Part shown: one piece after another, positions 20,601 to 31,015 of the stretch
Layout: the number at the start of each line of letters is the position of its first letter
Position numbering within the stretch: position 1 is the stretch's first letter
Assembly: GCA_963677765.1 (NCBI GenBank)
Contig: OY782392.1
Location: 60,001 to 92,000, forward strand
Source of the DNA: Candidatus Saccharimonadota bacterium
Lineage (GTDB): Bacteria; Patescibacteriota; Gracilibacteria; BD1-5; UBA6164
DNA: 32,000 nucleotides
Direction: 5' to 3'
Translations under genes and position numbers: made by a program
The notes under the pieces: generated by a model
Told to the model about the DNA's origin: nothing
Seen by the model: the letters and a program-made list of their open reading frames with translations, nothing else
The model's database searches: none

Positions 20601-20982
20601 TATTTCATACTCCTGTAGTTCAATTTTTTGTTAACTGTACAGTAGTATCTCTCATTCTAGTATTAGTAGCTTGCCACTCTACTCAGATTTCTAGTCATGT
20701 TATATCAGAATTAGATGGTATAGAGTTTAACAATTCTCAAAATCAACCCACATATAATATATTTGTATAATCATTTCTATTAGTAATAGTAGATGATGCT
20801 TGAGTATTAGTATCATTACCATTTACATTTGAAACATTAGTCCATCAAAAATTACCTCATCATATATCAGATGAGTTAGTTGGAAACTTATCAGTTGTTA
20901 TATTAGCAAAAGAAGTTCAAGATAAAACTAAAAAAGAAATAACTAAAAAAAATATGTTTTTAATTATGAATCTCAAATTCAT
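17653..20982 (-). CDS. Large secreted surface protein with LamG/concanavalin-like and cadherin-like repeat domains, 1109 aa
   Basis: Signal peptide MNLRFIIKNIFFLVISFLVLSGTSFA. LamG-type block ...LWYDQSGNSKNAT...[31 protein letters not shown]. Cadherin-type repeat DIILSDLSVEENLAAGSVISTISTTDLDVGDTHTYSF...LFSISGNNLIL...PDYE...YNIRIETNDGNGGTFQKQFQINV. ATG 20982, TAA 17655-17653, length divisible by 3. Confidence 0.8.
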
Positions 20983-21123
20983 AAGTTTTATTTTAAAAAA
21001 TACTAAAAATAGTATATAGATTTTTTAAAATAAATAAATAATAATTAAATACTTTTTTCTAGACAAGCTTGAAAAATGTTTTATTTTGATTAAATTAAAT
21101 TTATTATTAATAATATAAATAAT

Positions 21124-21963
21124 ATGAATGATATAATAAACTTAAATAATATGGATTATCAAAGATATATAGATTTAGCTATAGAATGAACGATCTCATA
21201 TGGACCTAAACTAATTTGAGCTTTACTTGTATTGTGGATTGGTTTCAAAATAGTAAAAATGATAGATAAAGCTCTAGTAAAAATTATGGATAGAGCTGAG
21301 CTAGATCCAATGTTAGAATCTTTTATAAGCAGCCTAGTTATAATTATACTAAAAGTGCTAGTAATAATTAGTGCTGCTTGAATTGTTTGAGTTCAAACTA
21401 CTTCATTTGTAGCTATGTTAGCTGCAGCATGATTAGCAATAGGTATGGCATTATCTTGAACTCTTCAAAACTTTGCAGGTTGAGTTATGATATTATTTTT
21501 AAAACCTTATAGTATTTGAGATTATATAGAAGCTGCTTGATATAGCTGAACAGTAAAGGAAATTCACATATTTAATACTGTTTTAATTACTGCTGATAAA
21601 AAAGTAATAATAATACCTAACTCTGATTTAAGTAATTCTTCAATGACAAACTATTCGGTAGAACCAATAAGAAGACTAGACTTACAAGTATGAGTTAGTT
21701 ATAGTGATGATATAGATTTAGTTAAATCTACTTTGGATGAAATAGCAAAATCAGACGAAAGAGTTATAGTAAAAGATTGAATAACTATTGCATTAAATGA
21801 ATTATGAGATAATGCTGTTATTTTTAATTTTAGAGTTTTTTGTAAATCATGAGACTACTGGGCTTTAAGATGAGATTTATTAGAAAATATCAAAAAAACA
21901 TTTGATAAAAAAGGTATTTCATTTCCTTTTCCACAAAGAGATGTTTATGTTTATAACAAATAA
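21124..21963 (+). CDS. mscS: Small-conductance mechanosensitive channel (MscS family), 279 aa
   Basis: TM region ...LIGALLVLWIGFKIV..., pore helix [44 protein letters not shown], and the beta domain GTVKEIHIFNTVLITADKKVIIIPNS. ATG 21124, TAA 21961-21963. Confidence 0.9.
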
Positions 21964-21993
21964 AAAAAAGAAGATTTTAAATCTTCTTTTTTT
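21962..21993. terminator. Bidirectional terminator between mscS and the convergent desaturase gene
   Basis: 11-bp stem aaaagaagatt / aatcttctttt with loop tta, with A-run and T-run flanks. It overlaps both stop codons. Confidence 0.8.
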
Positions 21994-22966
21994 ATTTTAT
22001 TGTTTCTCAAGTTTTCAAAGTATTATATATTTCTTTTAATGAAACAAAAAAAGACACATCATGATATTTTATATTATTAGTATGACAATATTTTTTTACT
22101 ATCTTTGAAAGTTTAAGTATATTTCATCTAGATACACTAGGAAAAATATGATGTTCAACTTGTTTATTTAATCATCAAAAAATATGATTAATAATAAGTC
22201 ATCATTTTACATTTCTAGAAGTTCTAGTTTGTAAATCAAACCATGAGTATTTTGTTACTTCATTTCAATCAATAATTTCCATTCATATATGATTAACCAT
22301 AAAAGAAAAGGCCAAATGAACTCAAACTAAAACATATATAGCAAACAAAGAAAAAATAGTAATAACAATTCAATAATTCAAAAATAAAACCAAAGGTAAT
22401 ATAGCAAAATAAACAAGAGACAATAAAAGTTCTAAATATAATTTATTTTTTAGTATATGTTTGTAAGACAAATAAATTAAATTAAAATAAAGAATAGAAG
22501 TAACAATCCAAAACAAATAAACTTTATGTTTATCAAAAAATTTACTTTTTCATTCATTTTTAGTAAAAATTTCATCATAATCTCTAATATCTGTATCATG
22601 AATATCACTATTAGTAAAAGTATGATGTTCTACATTATGTTTTTTTCTCCACCATGAAGCAGATAATCAAATTAACATATTTCATGTAATAAGTGAAAAA
22701 AATGAATTAGTCTTATTATTTTTAAAATATTGATTATGTATCAGATCATGAGATATAAATCATAATTCAACAGTAAGTATATAATAATATATTATTACTA
22801 AAAAAATATTAACCTTATCTATAAAAAATAATCATAAAAAATATAATCCTATAAAAATAATTAAATTTTTTATTCAATACAAAGGAGTAGGTTTTAATAA
22901 TCAAGAGTTTGAAACTATTTTTCTTAATTCAGAAAAATGAGCATCATAGATTTTTTTATCGTTCAT
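21992..22966 (-). CDS. Membrane fatty-acid desaturase family protein (three His boxes), 324 aa
   Basis: His boxes HDLIH, WWRKKHNVEHH and QVEHHIFP are in canonical order, separated by hydrophobic spans. ATG 22966, TAA 21994-21992. Confidence 0.85.
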
Positions 22967-22972
22967 TTATTT

Positions 22973-24241
22973 TTATTTAATTCAAGTAAAGTTATTTGAA
23001 GTATCTACTTTTATAAAGATATTATCTGTATCTAGTATATTAGTAGTAGAAAAAAACATATTTTCTTGTAAAAAAGAGTTATGATTTTTATATCAAGACA
23101 TTGCTAAGTCATCTGTTAATATAAAGTCTGATTTTAATGCTATATTTAATATTTCATCTTTTAGATCATTAGGTAAATACATATGACCTACCATTATTCA
23201 TGATTTTATAAGACTTTTTGATAAAAAATAATCAAATAGTTCTATATTTTTATTTAAGTAATCAATATTATCATCATATATTAATACACTATCATGAGAA
23301 TCAACATTTCAATCTCAGTGTCATGGAAAATGCTTAGCATAAACTAAAACTCAAGTCATATTTGATGCCCATATATAAGAATCTATAAGTTTTTTATATT
23401 CTTCAATATCACTAGAAAAACTTCTAGACAATCATGTTATAACAGGATTTCACAAATCTAAATCCAAAACCAATCAATGAGTATTTATTCATACATCATC
23501 TAAATTTTTAAGTTTTATAAATGCTAATATATCTAAAAAATCTTGTTTATTATTATCTGAAATTTTTTTATATGACTCATTAATAGATTCATTAGATGGA
23601 TAATAAATTCATGAGATTAAAGAATCTAATATAGATTTTTCTAATTCATCTAATTTTTTATATTTATTATAAATATAATCATTAGAATAATAAAAACTTC
23701 ATTTAACACTAGAGAAATCCTTATATCTATTTATAAATCATCACTCCTGGTCAATAAACAATAAAATATCTGGATTTATTTCTTTTATAAGAGATATAGA
23801 TTTTTTCATTATATCAAAATCAATATTTTCTTTATTTCTAAAAAGAAATACACTAAAACTATTTTTTATTTTTTCTTGATTATTAAGAATAACTTCCTTG
23901 TTATAATCAAAAGAATTATCAAATCTTATAATTATATTAGAGTAACTATAATCAGAATATTTAGATAAATTAAAGTCATTTAATTCATAAAAATAATCAT
24001 TTAATGAATTTTTTATATATAATAAAATCTCTTTGTTCTTATTGCTATCACTTAGTTTCGATTCAATTAACGAAACTTTATCTAAAAAACTCATTATTCT
24101 TGTTTTCTTATAAAAAAATGTCTTTTTTTCCAACATTTGATAATAAGAATTCATTATATTATTTATATCATTCTTTGTATATGCTCATACATTAATAAAT
24201 AAACACATACTAATAATAAATGATATTAATATTTTTTTCAT
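22973..24241 (-). CDS. Secreted glycoside hydrolase family 3 protein (NagZ-like beta-N-acetylhexosaminidase), 422 aa
   Basis: Extends the supplied ORF 23741-24154 in both directions under code 25. Signal peptide MKKILISFIISMCLFINVGA from ATG 24241. LLFIDQEGG (GG are TGA) and KHFPGHGDGNVDSH are the GH3 N-domain signatures. TAA 22975-22973. Confidence 0.8.
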
Positions 24242-24242
24242 A

Positions 24243-26339
24243 TTATAAATTATTTAAAAAATTATCTAAATCTATAACTTCTACTCATAAGTCATTTGCT
24301 TTTTTAAGTTTTGATCAAGCTTTTTCTCAAGCCAAAAGAAAATCAGTTTTTTTTGTTACGCTTGATACAAACTCTCAACCTGATTTTTCAAGTTTTTCAA
24401 CTAAACTATCTCTAGAAACTTTTTGTCATTCTAATTCAAAACTTCATGTTATACACACTTTTTTGTTATTGAAAATTGAATTAGTATCAATATTTATATA
24501 TTCATAATATTTTATATTTAATATATCTACTAATTGTGTTAGAATTATTTTATGAGAATCTGAATTAAAATAATTAACAATATTTTTTGCTAACTCTGGT
24601 CATATATCATTCAAAGATATTAAATCATCTTCTGTCAAAGAAAAGTCCAAAATAGAGTTTTTATCTGTAAAAAATCTAGAAATTATTTTAGAAGTTTTTT
24701 TACCAACTCATGGAATTCATATAGCTGATAAAAAAGTAGTAATATCAACTTTTTTAGATTTTTCAACTCATTCTATAAGATTATTAACTGATTTTTCTTT
24801 ATATCATTCCAAAGATAAAATTATATCCTTTTTATCTTTTATATTGAAAATATCAACTAAGTTATTTATAATACCTAATTCTAAAAACAACTCTACTTGC
24901 CTCTCTCAAAATCAATCAATATTAAATCAAGACTTTCAAACTGAATATGTTAACATTTCAGAATGTTTAGCAGGACAATCAATATCATTTGGACAATAAT
25001 ATCTTACTTTATCTTCATCTTTTTTAACTGGAGTTTTACAAGAAGGACAAAATTCTGGAGTATGTATTTTTTCTAAATCATTTCTATTAAATTTTTCTCA
25101 TTTAAAAGTTATAAAATCTCAATTATCTACAACTCATGTAATTTTTGGAATAACTTCTCAAGCTCTTTTTATAAAAACATAATCACCTAATCTTACTCAA
25201 AGTTTCTCTATTTCATCATAGTTATGTAAAGTGGCTCTTTTAACTATTACTCATCAAATATTTATAGCTTCAAGATTAGCAACAGGTGTTATTGTTCATG
25301 TTCTTCATACACTGTGATCTACTGAAATTATTTGAGTAGTAAATATTTCTGCTGGAAATTTATAAGCAATTGCATATCTAGGATGATGAGCAGTCCATCA
25401 AATATCTGACCATAAATCTATAGAATTTACTTTTATAACTAGACCATCTATTTCAAAATCTATATCTTTCTTAAAAGAATCAATAGTATCAATAGAATCA
25501 ATAACTCATTCAATTGAATCAAATATTTCAAAATAACTAGATATTTCAAATCATAGTTTTTCTAAATCTAATATAACATCATAATAATTAGAAATATTTT
25601 CTCTATGTCTAAATTCATCAAAATTAGCTAAATCATAAGCATAGAATTTTAAATTTCTTTCTTTAGTAATTTTTATATCTTTTGTTCTAACACTTCAACT
25701 AGCAGCATTTCTAGGATTTGAAAAAACTTTTTTATTTTCTTTTATAGCTTTTTTATTCAGAGATTCAAAAGAGCTAATAGGCATTACAACTTCTCATCTA
25801 ACTTCTAAATGTTCTTTGTAATCAATATATTTAGGTATATTATCTATACAAAAAATATTTTGAGTAACATCTTCTCATTCAATACCATTTCACCTAGTAA
25901 TAGCTTGTACCAATTCTCATTTTTTATAAATAAGCTCTATTCATAATCAATCAAATTTGTATTCCAAAGTATATGAAACATTATTTATTTTTTCGTTATC
26001 AATATTTTTTATAACTCTATCATTAAAATCTCTAAGATCAATTTCATTATAAGTATTATCAAGACTAATCATAGGTCTAGAATGTCTTACTTTTTCAAAA
26101 CTAGATTCTATTATTTCAGCTCAAACTCTAAGAGTTTGTTTGTAATTAGGATTATATTTATCTTCTAAAAACTCTAATTTTTTAAAAAGCAAATCATACT
26201 CATTATCAGAAATAATAGGAGATTCTTTATTATAATAAAGGTCACTATGATATTCAATAATTTTTTGTAAATTTTCTAAATCTTCCCTATTTAAATCATT
26301 ATTATCTATATTTAGATATTTTTTTGATAATTCTAACAC
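24243..26339 (-). CDS. ligA: NAD+-dependent DNA ligase, 698 aa
   Basis: N-terminal Ia domain ...YHSDLYYNKESPIISDNEYDLLFKKLEFLE, adenylation motif EYKFDGLGIEL (KxDG) and Zn finger CPSC...C-x-C. HhH region GIPGVGKKTS and a C-terminal BRCT-like segment ITGSFE. GTG start at 26339 (the first start candidate after the in-frame stop). TAA 24245-24243, 1 nt before the GH3 start. Confidence 0.9.
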
Positions 26340-26652
26340 TATATTTTTGTTAAAAAATAATTAAAGACAACGAAAAAATTAACATTTTATATTAAAAAAT
26401 AGTTATTTTTAGCATAAAAAAGATCTTTTAACTATTTTTTAACAATATTATTAAGTAGTAATATTTTGTATACAAAAATGTAACAAAAATGACTTTTTAA
26501 AGGTTTATTTTTTACTACTTATGTATACTTTTTTTGAACAAAAACACAAGTTTTTTTATAAAAATTACATACAAATAAATAACTAGTTTTTCTCTATTTT
26601 AAAGCAAAAACTAACAAAAAATTTAAAATAATTAAAAAAAAGTTATTTTTTT

Positions 26653-26682
26653 TTGGAAGATAATTTAAAAAAGTGTTATAAT
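26653..26682 (+). promoter_or_regulatory. Near-consensus sigma70-type promoter with extended -10, driving the non-coding region
   Basis: TTGGAA (26653-26658), an 18-bp spacer, then TGtTATAAT (26674-26682). Predicted TSS about 26687-26690. Confidence 0.55.
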
Positions 26683-26686
26683 AGTT

Positions 26687-27149
26687 ATGTAAGTTAGTTC
26701 AAACGAGCTACATCTTACATTCCTTAAAATGTTAACTTCTACTCTGTCAGAATGGTTTTTGCAAAAATCCAGCAAAACACCTCAAATAGATTTAGCTTTG
26801 ACTAAATCAACAAAAATAAAAACAAAAAGGGTTGTTAGTTGTATTCATTTAGAAATTAACATAGATTGATTTTTAAATGAATACAACTAACTCCAAGAAA
26901 AAAAACAAAAATACGAAAAAAATTTCGAAAAACAAAAACAAAAGAGAATGGTGAATAGCTCTCTAAAAATTACCCAAACAGAGTTCAAGTTAGTCGTGTA
27001 AACCGACAAGAAAAGCAAGGATTAGTTTTTCAAAACTGATCTTTATTCCCCTTAGCATTGAACAAACACACTTTTTATCGCTTTGGATGTGAATTTAGAC
27101 ACCACACCGCTTAAGTACTATTACCCAATATGCTTAAGCTCTTTTTTTT
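26687..27149 (+). ncRNA. Candidate novel structured ncRNA, about 460 nt (or about 505 nt if the second terminator is used); class unknown
   Basis: Promoter upstream and tandem terminators downstream, with no credible ORF under code 25. Hairpins: nested 26687-26720 (atgtaag..tagttc-aaac-gagcta..cttacat), 26753-26771, 26789-26808, an 18-bp perfect stem 26834-26851/26874-26891, 26914-26927, an 11-bp stem 27019-27043, and 27109-27139. ATTACCCAA is repeated at 26969-26977 and 27120-27128. The region looks locally GC-richer than its flanks by eye. Confidence 0.45.
27109..27149 (+). terminator. First of two tandem intrinsic terminators ending the candidate ncRNA
   Basis: gcttaag (27109-27115) pairs with cttaagc (27133-27139) over a 17-nt loop, followed by tcTTTTTTTT (27142-27149). 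Confidence 0.5.
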
Positions 27150-27151
27150 AC

Positions 27152-27192
27152 AAAAAAACTCTCTAATATATTTATTAGAGAGTTTTATTTTT
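27152..27192 (+). terminator. Second tandem intrinsic terminator
   Basis: 12-bp stem aaactctctaat / attagagagttt (27156-27167 / 27174-27185) with loop atattt, followed by a T-rich tail TTTTATTTTT. Confidence 0.8.
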
Positions 27193-27204
27193 AGTAGACT
27201 TAGC

Positions 27205-27232
27205 TTTACATAATCAAATTAGTAAATATTAT
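27205..27232 (+). promoter_or_regulatory. Putative promoter of the nrnA-like / GT2 / pyk gene string
   Basis: TTTACA (27205-27210), a 16-bp spacer, then TATTAT (27227-27232), about 30 nt upstream of ATG 27263. Confidence 0.4.
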
Positions 27233-27262
27233 CTATAAAAAGTTAATTATTAAATAAAAAAT

Positions 27263-28234
27263 ATGTTAGAAAAAATAAATGAATTTAAAAAACTAATTGA
27301 AAACTCAAAAAATATACTACTTATAAATCATATAAGAATGGATCCAGATGCATTTTGAAGTTTGGCAGCTTTTTATTTAATAATGAATAAATACTGAAAA
27401 AATGTTAGAGCAATAAATGATGAAAACACACCTGAAAGCTTTAATTTTTTATGAGCAGAAAATATTATAGAAAAAAATTTAGATATAAAATCGTACAATC
27501 CTGATTTAATAATAAGTTTTGATGCAGCTAGTATATGACAATTATGAGAAACATACAAAAATAACAAAGATATATTTGATAAAAATAATTTTGTTGTAAT
27601 TGATCATCATATGACGAATGAAGGATTTTGAAAATTAAATATAATAGATTCAAAAATGTCCTCTACATGTGAATTACTATTTTATATACTTGAAAAAATA
27701 GATTTAGTTAAATATATAGAAAAAAAAGAAGCAACATTATTAACTGCATGAATACATACTGATACAAATATATTTTACAATTCAAACACAAACAGTTCTA
27801 CTTTAATTACTGCGGCAAAATTAATGGATTTATGAGCTGATTTTAGAGCTCCAATGTATAATTTTTTTCAAAAATCAAGTTATGAAAAATTAAAACTGAC
27901 ATGACTTATTTTTCAATCATTAAAAAAATCCGAAGATTGAAAAATAATATGGGTTAAAATAACAAAAGACTTCTTCGAAAAAACTAATTCAAGTGATGAA
28001 GATATTAGTTGAATTATAAATAGAATGATAAATGTCGATTGATGTGAAATTGCGTTTATTATATATGAAATCTGAAATCTAGTAAAAGCTAGTTTTAGAT
28101 CAAAAGAATATAGTGTTTGAGACCTATGTGCTAGTTTCCCTAATTGATGATGACACAGACTAGCTGCATGATTTAGAAGTGAAAAAGATATAAATACTAT
28201 AGAAAAAGAAATTTTAGATAAAATAAAATTATAA
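27263..28234 (+). CDS. DHH/DHHA1-family phosphoesterase (NrnA-like oligoribonuclease / pAp phosphatase), 323 aa
   Basis: Motifs ILLINHIRMDPDAFGS (DHH motif I/II region), VVIDHH, TAGIHTDT and C-terminal NGGGHRLAAGF (GGGH, all three Gly are TGA). ATG 27263, TAA 28232-28234. Confidence 0.85.
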
Positions 28235-28239
28235 ATATA

Positions 28240-28267
28240 TTGACATTTTATTATTTTATTTTATATT
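28240..28267 (+). promoter_or_regulatory. Putative internal promoter upstream of the glycosyltransferase gene
   Basis: TTGACA (28240-28245), a 16-bp spacer, then TATATT (28262-28267). Confidence 0.35.
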
Positions 28268-28300
28268 TATTTAAATTTTTAATTAATTATAAGTAAAATA

Positions 28301-29113
28301 ATGGTAAATTGAACTATTGTTATCCCTGCATATAATGAAGAAAAAAGAATAGAAGAAACTATACTAAGAGCAAAAGCTCAAAACACATGACATAGCTACA
28401 ATATAATAGTAGTAGATAATTGAAGTAATGATAAAACAAAAGATATAGCACATAAAGCTTGAGCTGAAATAGTTGAAGAAAAAACTAAATGAGTAAAGTT
28501 TGCAAGATTAAAATGAATAGAAGCTGCTAGAGACTTATATAATTCAAGAATAATAATGCAATTGGATGCTGACAGTCATATATGACCTAATTGGGTTGAA
28601 GAACATTTAAATCAATTTGAAGATGAAAATGTATGAATAGTATGATGAAGTATTAAATGGACTAATAGAAGTTTTAGTACAGCTGCTTTTATTCACACTT
28701 TAGATTTTTTTAGAGGTAGAGTTATATCTATAACAGATTTAAAAATAAAAAGTTACTTTGAAAAAAGAAAATTCTGGATAGAAAAATGAGTAATACCTAT
28801 TCCATGAACTAATATGTCATATTTATCTGAATTAGGTGCATGTAGTTCTACAGTTTTATGATGAACTAGCTCTTTATGAGAAGACTATTTCAAAGCTACT
28901 AGAATATATCAAAATCATATACTAAATAATCCTGAGTGAGAAGTCAGATTAATAGATAATAAAAATATATTAGTAAATACTCCTTCTAGATGAGATCAAG
29001 ATTTTGTAAATTTCTTAATATCAAAATATAAATACAAAAAATCTAATACTTGTGAAGCAATAAAAAAATGAAAATTAAATGATGAAAGTTGCCAAATGAC
29101 AGATTCTAGATAA
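28301..29113 (+). CDS. Family 2 glycosyltransferase, 270 aa
   Basis: GTIVIPAYNEEKRIEETI, IIVVDNGSNDKT and IMQLDADS (DxD) form the GT-A/GT2 signature. ATG 28301, TAA 29111-29113. Confidence 0.85.
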
Positions 29114-29152
29114 TATAAATACCTAAAAAATAAATTCCTAAAAAAATCTAAT

Positions 29153-30577
29153 ATGAAAAAAACAAAAATAATAACTACCCTTTGACCCGCTACAGATTCA
29201 AGAGAAACTATAAAACAATTATATTTAGAGTGAGCAAATGTAGTTAGATTAAATTATTCTCATACAAATTATGAATATTTTGGAGAAATAATAGATAAAG
29301 TACAGGAATTAAATAAATCATGAGAAACTAATTTAGGTATATTAACAGATACTAAAGGTCCTGAAATAAGAACAAAAGCAATAGAATGAAAAATAGAATT
29401 AGAATTATGAGAAGTTTTTATATTAACTACATTATCTAATGAAGATAATATAACACCAAACAATAAAAAAGTTGTAGTTTGTGACTATGAATATATAGTA
29501 ACAGACTTAGATATATGACATATTGTAGACATTGATACAGGATTATTAAAAGCTAGAGTTATAGAAAAAAAACCATGAGAACTAATTTGTGAAGCATTAA
29601 ATTCTCACAAAATTTGATCAAAAAGACACTTAAATTTACCATGAGTTAAACTTCACTTACCTTGAATAACAAAAAGTGATAAAAATGATATAGAATTTGC
29701 AGTAAAAAAATGAACTGATTTTATAGCATTATCATTTGTTAGAAATAGAGAAAATATATTAGAATTAAGAGAATATTTAGAAGAGTTAAATGCTACAAAA
29801 TGAATTCAAATAATATCAAAAATAGAAAATCAAGAAGCTCTAGATAATATTGATGAAATAATAGAAGAAAGTGATTGAATAATGATAGCCAGATGAGATT
29901 TATGAGCTGAGGTTCCATATGAAACTCTACCTATAATTCAAAGAGAAATAGCATCAAAATGTAAATATGCATGAAAATATTTCATAGTTGCTACACAAAT
30001 GCTAGAATCAATGATAGAAAACCCTATCCCTACTAGAGCAGAGGTTACAGATATATTTAATGCAGCAATGCAAAAAGCTGATTGTACAATGCTATCATGA
30101 GAAACAGCAGCTTGAAAATACCCTATAGAAGCTGTAAAAACTATGTCTAGAGTCCTAGAATATACTGAAAAACAAATAACATATAAACATGATAAGTACT
30201 TCATAAAAGACTTATGAGTTCATGAAGATAAAAAACAACTAATAAAAAATGCTGTTAATACTGCAGAAAATGTTTGAGCAAAAAATATATTAGTTTTTAC
30301 TAATTCATGATTTATGGCAAAAACTATATCAGCATTTAGACCAAATTTACATGTATATTCTTTTACATTTAGTGATTTTCTAAGAAAAAAATTGACTATT
30401 TTGTTTTGATTAAAAACTTTTTTAATTGAAAATAAATCAAATGAACAAAACTTAGAAGAAGCAATAAAAATACTAAAAGATAAATCATTAATGAAATCAT
30501 GAGAAAAAATAGTTACTATATATGGTATAGAGAGAAAATGAAAAATAATACCAAGTATACAAGTAATTGAAATATAA
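29153..30577 (+). CDS. pyk: Pyruvate kinase, 474 aa
   Basis: [60 protein letters not shown] and MLSGETAAGKYP all lie in one frame under code 25. ATG 29153, TAA 30575-30577. Confidence 0.93.
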
Positions 30578-30606
30578 AAAAACTAGGATTAAAACCTAGT
30601 TTTTTA
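30576..30606. terminator. Bidirectional terminator between pyk and the convergent 139-aa gene
   Basis: Stem aactagg / cctagtt (30581-30587 / 30595-30601) with a 7-nt loop, flanked by an A-run and a T-run. The TAG stop of the minus-strand gene lies in the right arm. Confidence 0.7.
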
Positions 30607-31015
30607 TTTTTGAGAAAATTACTCTATTAATTTTTGGTAAGATATGATCAACTTTTATATCACCTGATATAACACAATTAACTTTTAGAGAAAAAAGTTT
30701 ATTTATAATTTTTTCATTTATTATATATAAACTCTCTTGACCATAAGAAACTTTATTATTAATAAACAATATTACAACTACATTATTTACAAGTATATTT
30801 TTATAAAAAGTTTCATCTTCTAAACTATCAGCATCAATAATAAAAATATTTAAAGAAGTTATATCTAGTTCCAATAAAGAATATTTTTCAATTTCTAGAT
30901 AAGTAACAGCAATGCTAATATAATTTTTCATACTAACAAAGGCACTTTCTACATTTTTTTCAAAATCATGAGATACATTTAAATTATCCCCTATATATAG
31001 ATTTACTTTTAACAT
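30596..31015 (-). CDS. Hypothetical protein, 139 aa (alternating beta/alpha pattern loosely reminiscent of a receiver/flavodoxin-like fold)
   Basis: Intact in any code (no TGA), with a TAG stop. It is the only gene in the window with a canonical SD: GAGGAGGaattaATG (31016-31027, minus strand). A possible TTGACT -35 lies at 31074-31069. The fold suggestion rests only on KVNLYIGDN / NIFIIDADS / VVVILFINN strand-like segments. Confidence 0.6.
   Translation of the reverse strand: MLKVNLYIGDNLNVSHDFEKNVESAFVSMKNYISIAVTYLEIEKYSLLELDITSLNIFIIDADSLEDETFYKNILVNNVVVILFINNKVSYGQESLYIINEKIINKLFSLKVNCVISGDIKVDHILPKINRVIFSKIKN

Noticed and set aside
16951-20982. tRNA-Lys as an integration hotspot flanked by a genomic island (hypothetical gene plus giant surface protein).
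   Set aside because: There is no integrase or recombinase and no direct repeat of the tRNA 3' end nearby. Composition looks the same as the rest of the window, and both neighbours use TGA-Gly heavily like native genes.
24004-24507. Supplied plus-strand ORFs 24004-24195 and 24220-24507 as genes.
   Set aside because: They lie antisense to the GH3 (22973-24241) and ligA (24243-26339) code-25 genes and have low-complexity, family-less translations. They are shadow ORFs.
26340-26650. The AT-rich 300 bp upstream of ligA as a replication origin.
   Set aside because: I saw no cluster of DnaA-box-like 9-mers and no dnaA or dnaN nearby. It is adequately explained as a divergent promoter region.
26877-26966. 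A Lys-rich 29-codon ORF (MNTTNSKKKNKNTKKISKNKNKREWGIAL) inside the candidate ncRNA as a small protein gene.
   Set aside because: Its ATG is buried in the 3' arm of the 18-bp stem. The 'protein' is just the translation of an A-rich linker, with no recognisable family and no initiation signal.
26687-27149. Identifying the candidate ncRNA as RNase P RNA, tmRNA or SRP RNA.
   Set aside because: - **RNase P RNA:** the ACAGAG...AAGUUAG stretch (26979-26993) superficially resembles the P4 3' strand, but there is no GAGGAAAGUC-type partner.
- **tmRNA:** there is no tRNA-like T-arm/CCA end and no tag ORF.
- **SRP RNA:** AAGCAAGG near 27013 resembles the domain IV 3' side, but the hairpin before it has a 7-nt loop rather than a GNRA-type tetraloop, and the symmetric-loop partner is missing.

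This was judged by eye only; a covariance-model scan is still needed.
27373-30204. Supplied minus-strand ORFs 27373-27567, 29269-29463 and 29938-30204 as genes.
   Set aside because: They are antisense to the strongly supported nrnA-like and pyruvate kinase genes, so they are shadow ORFs.
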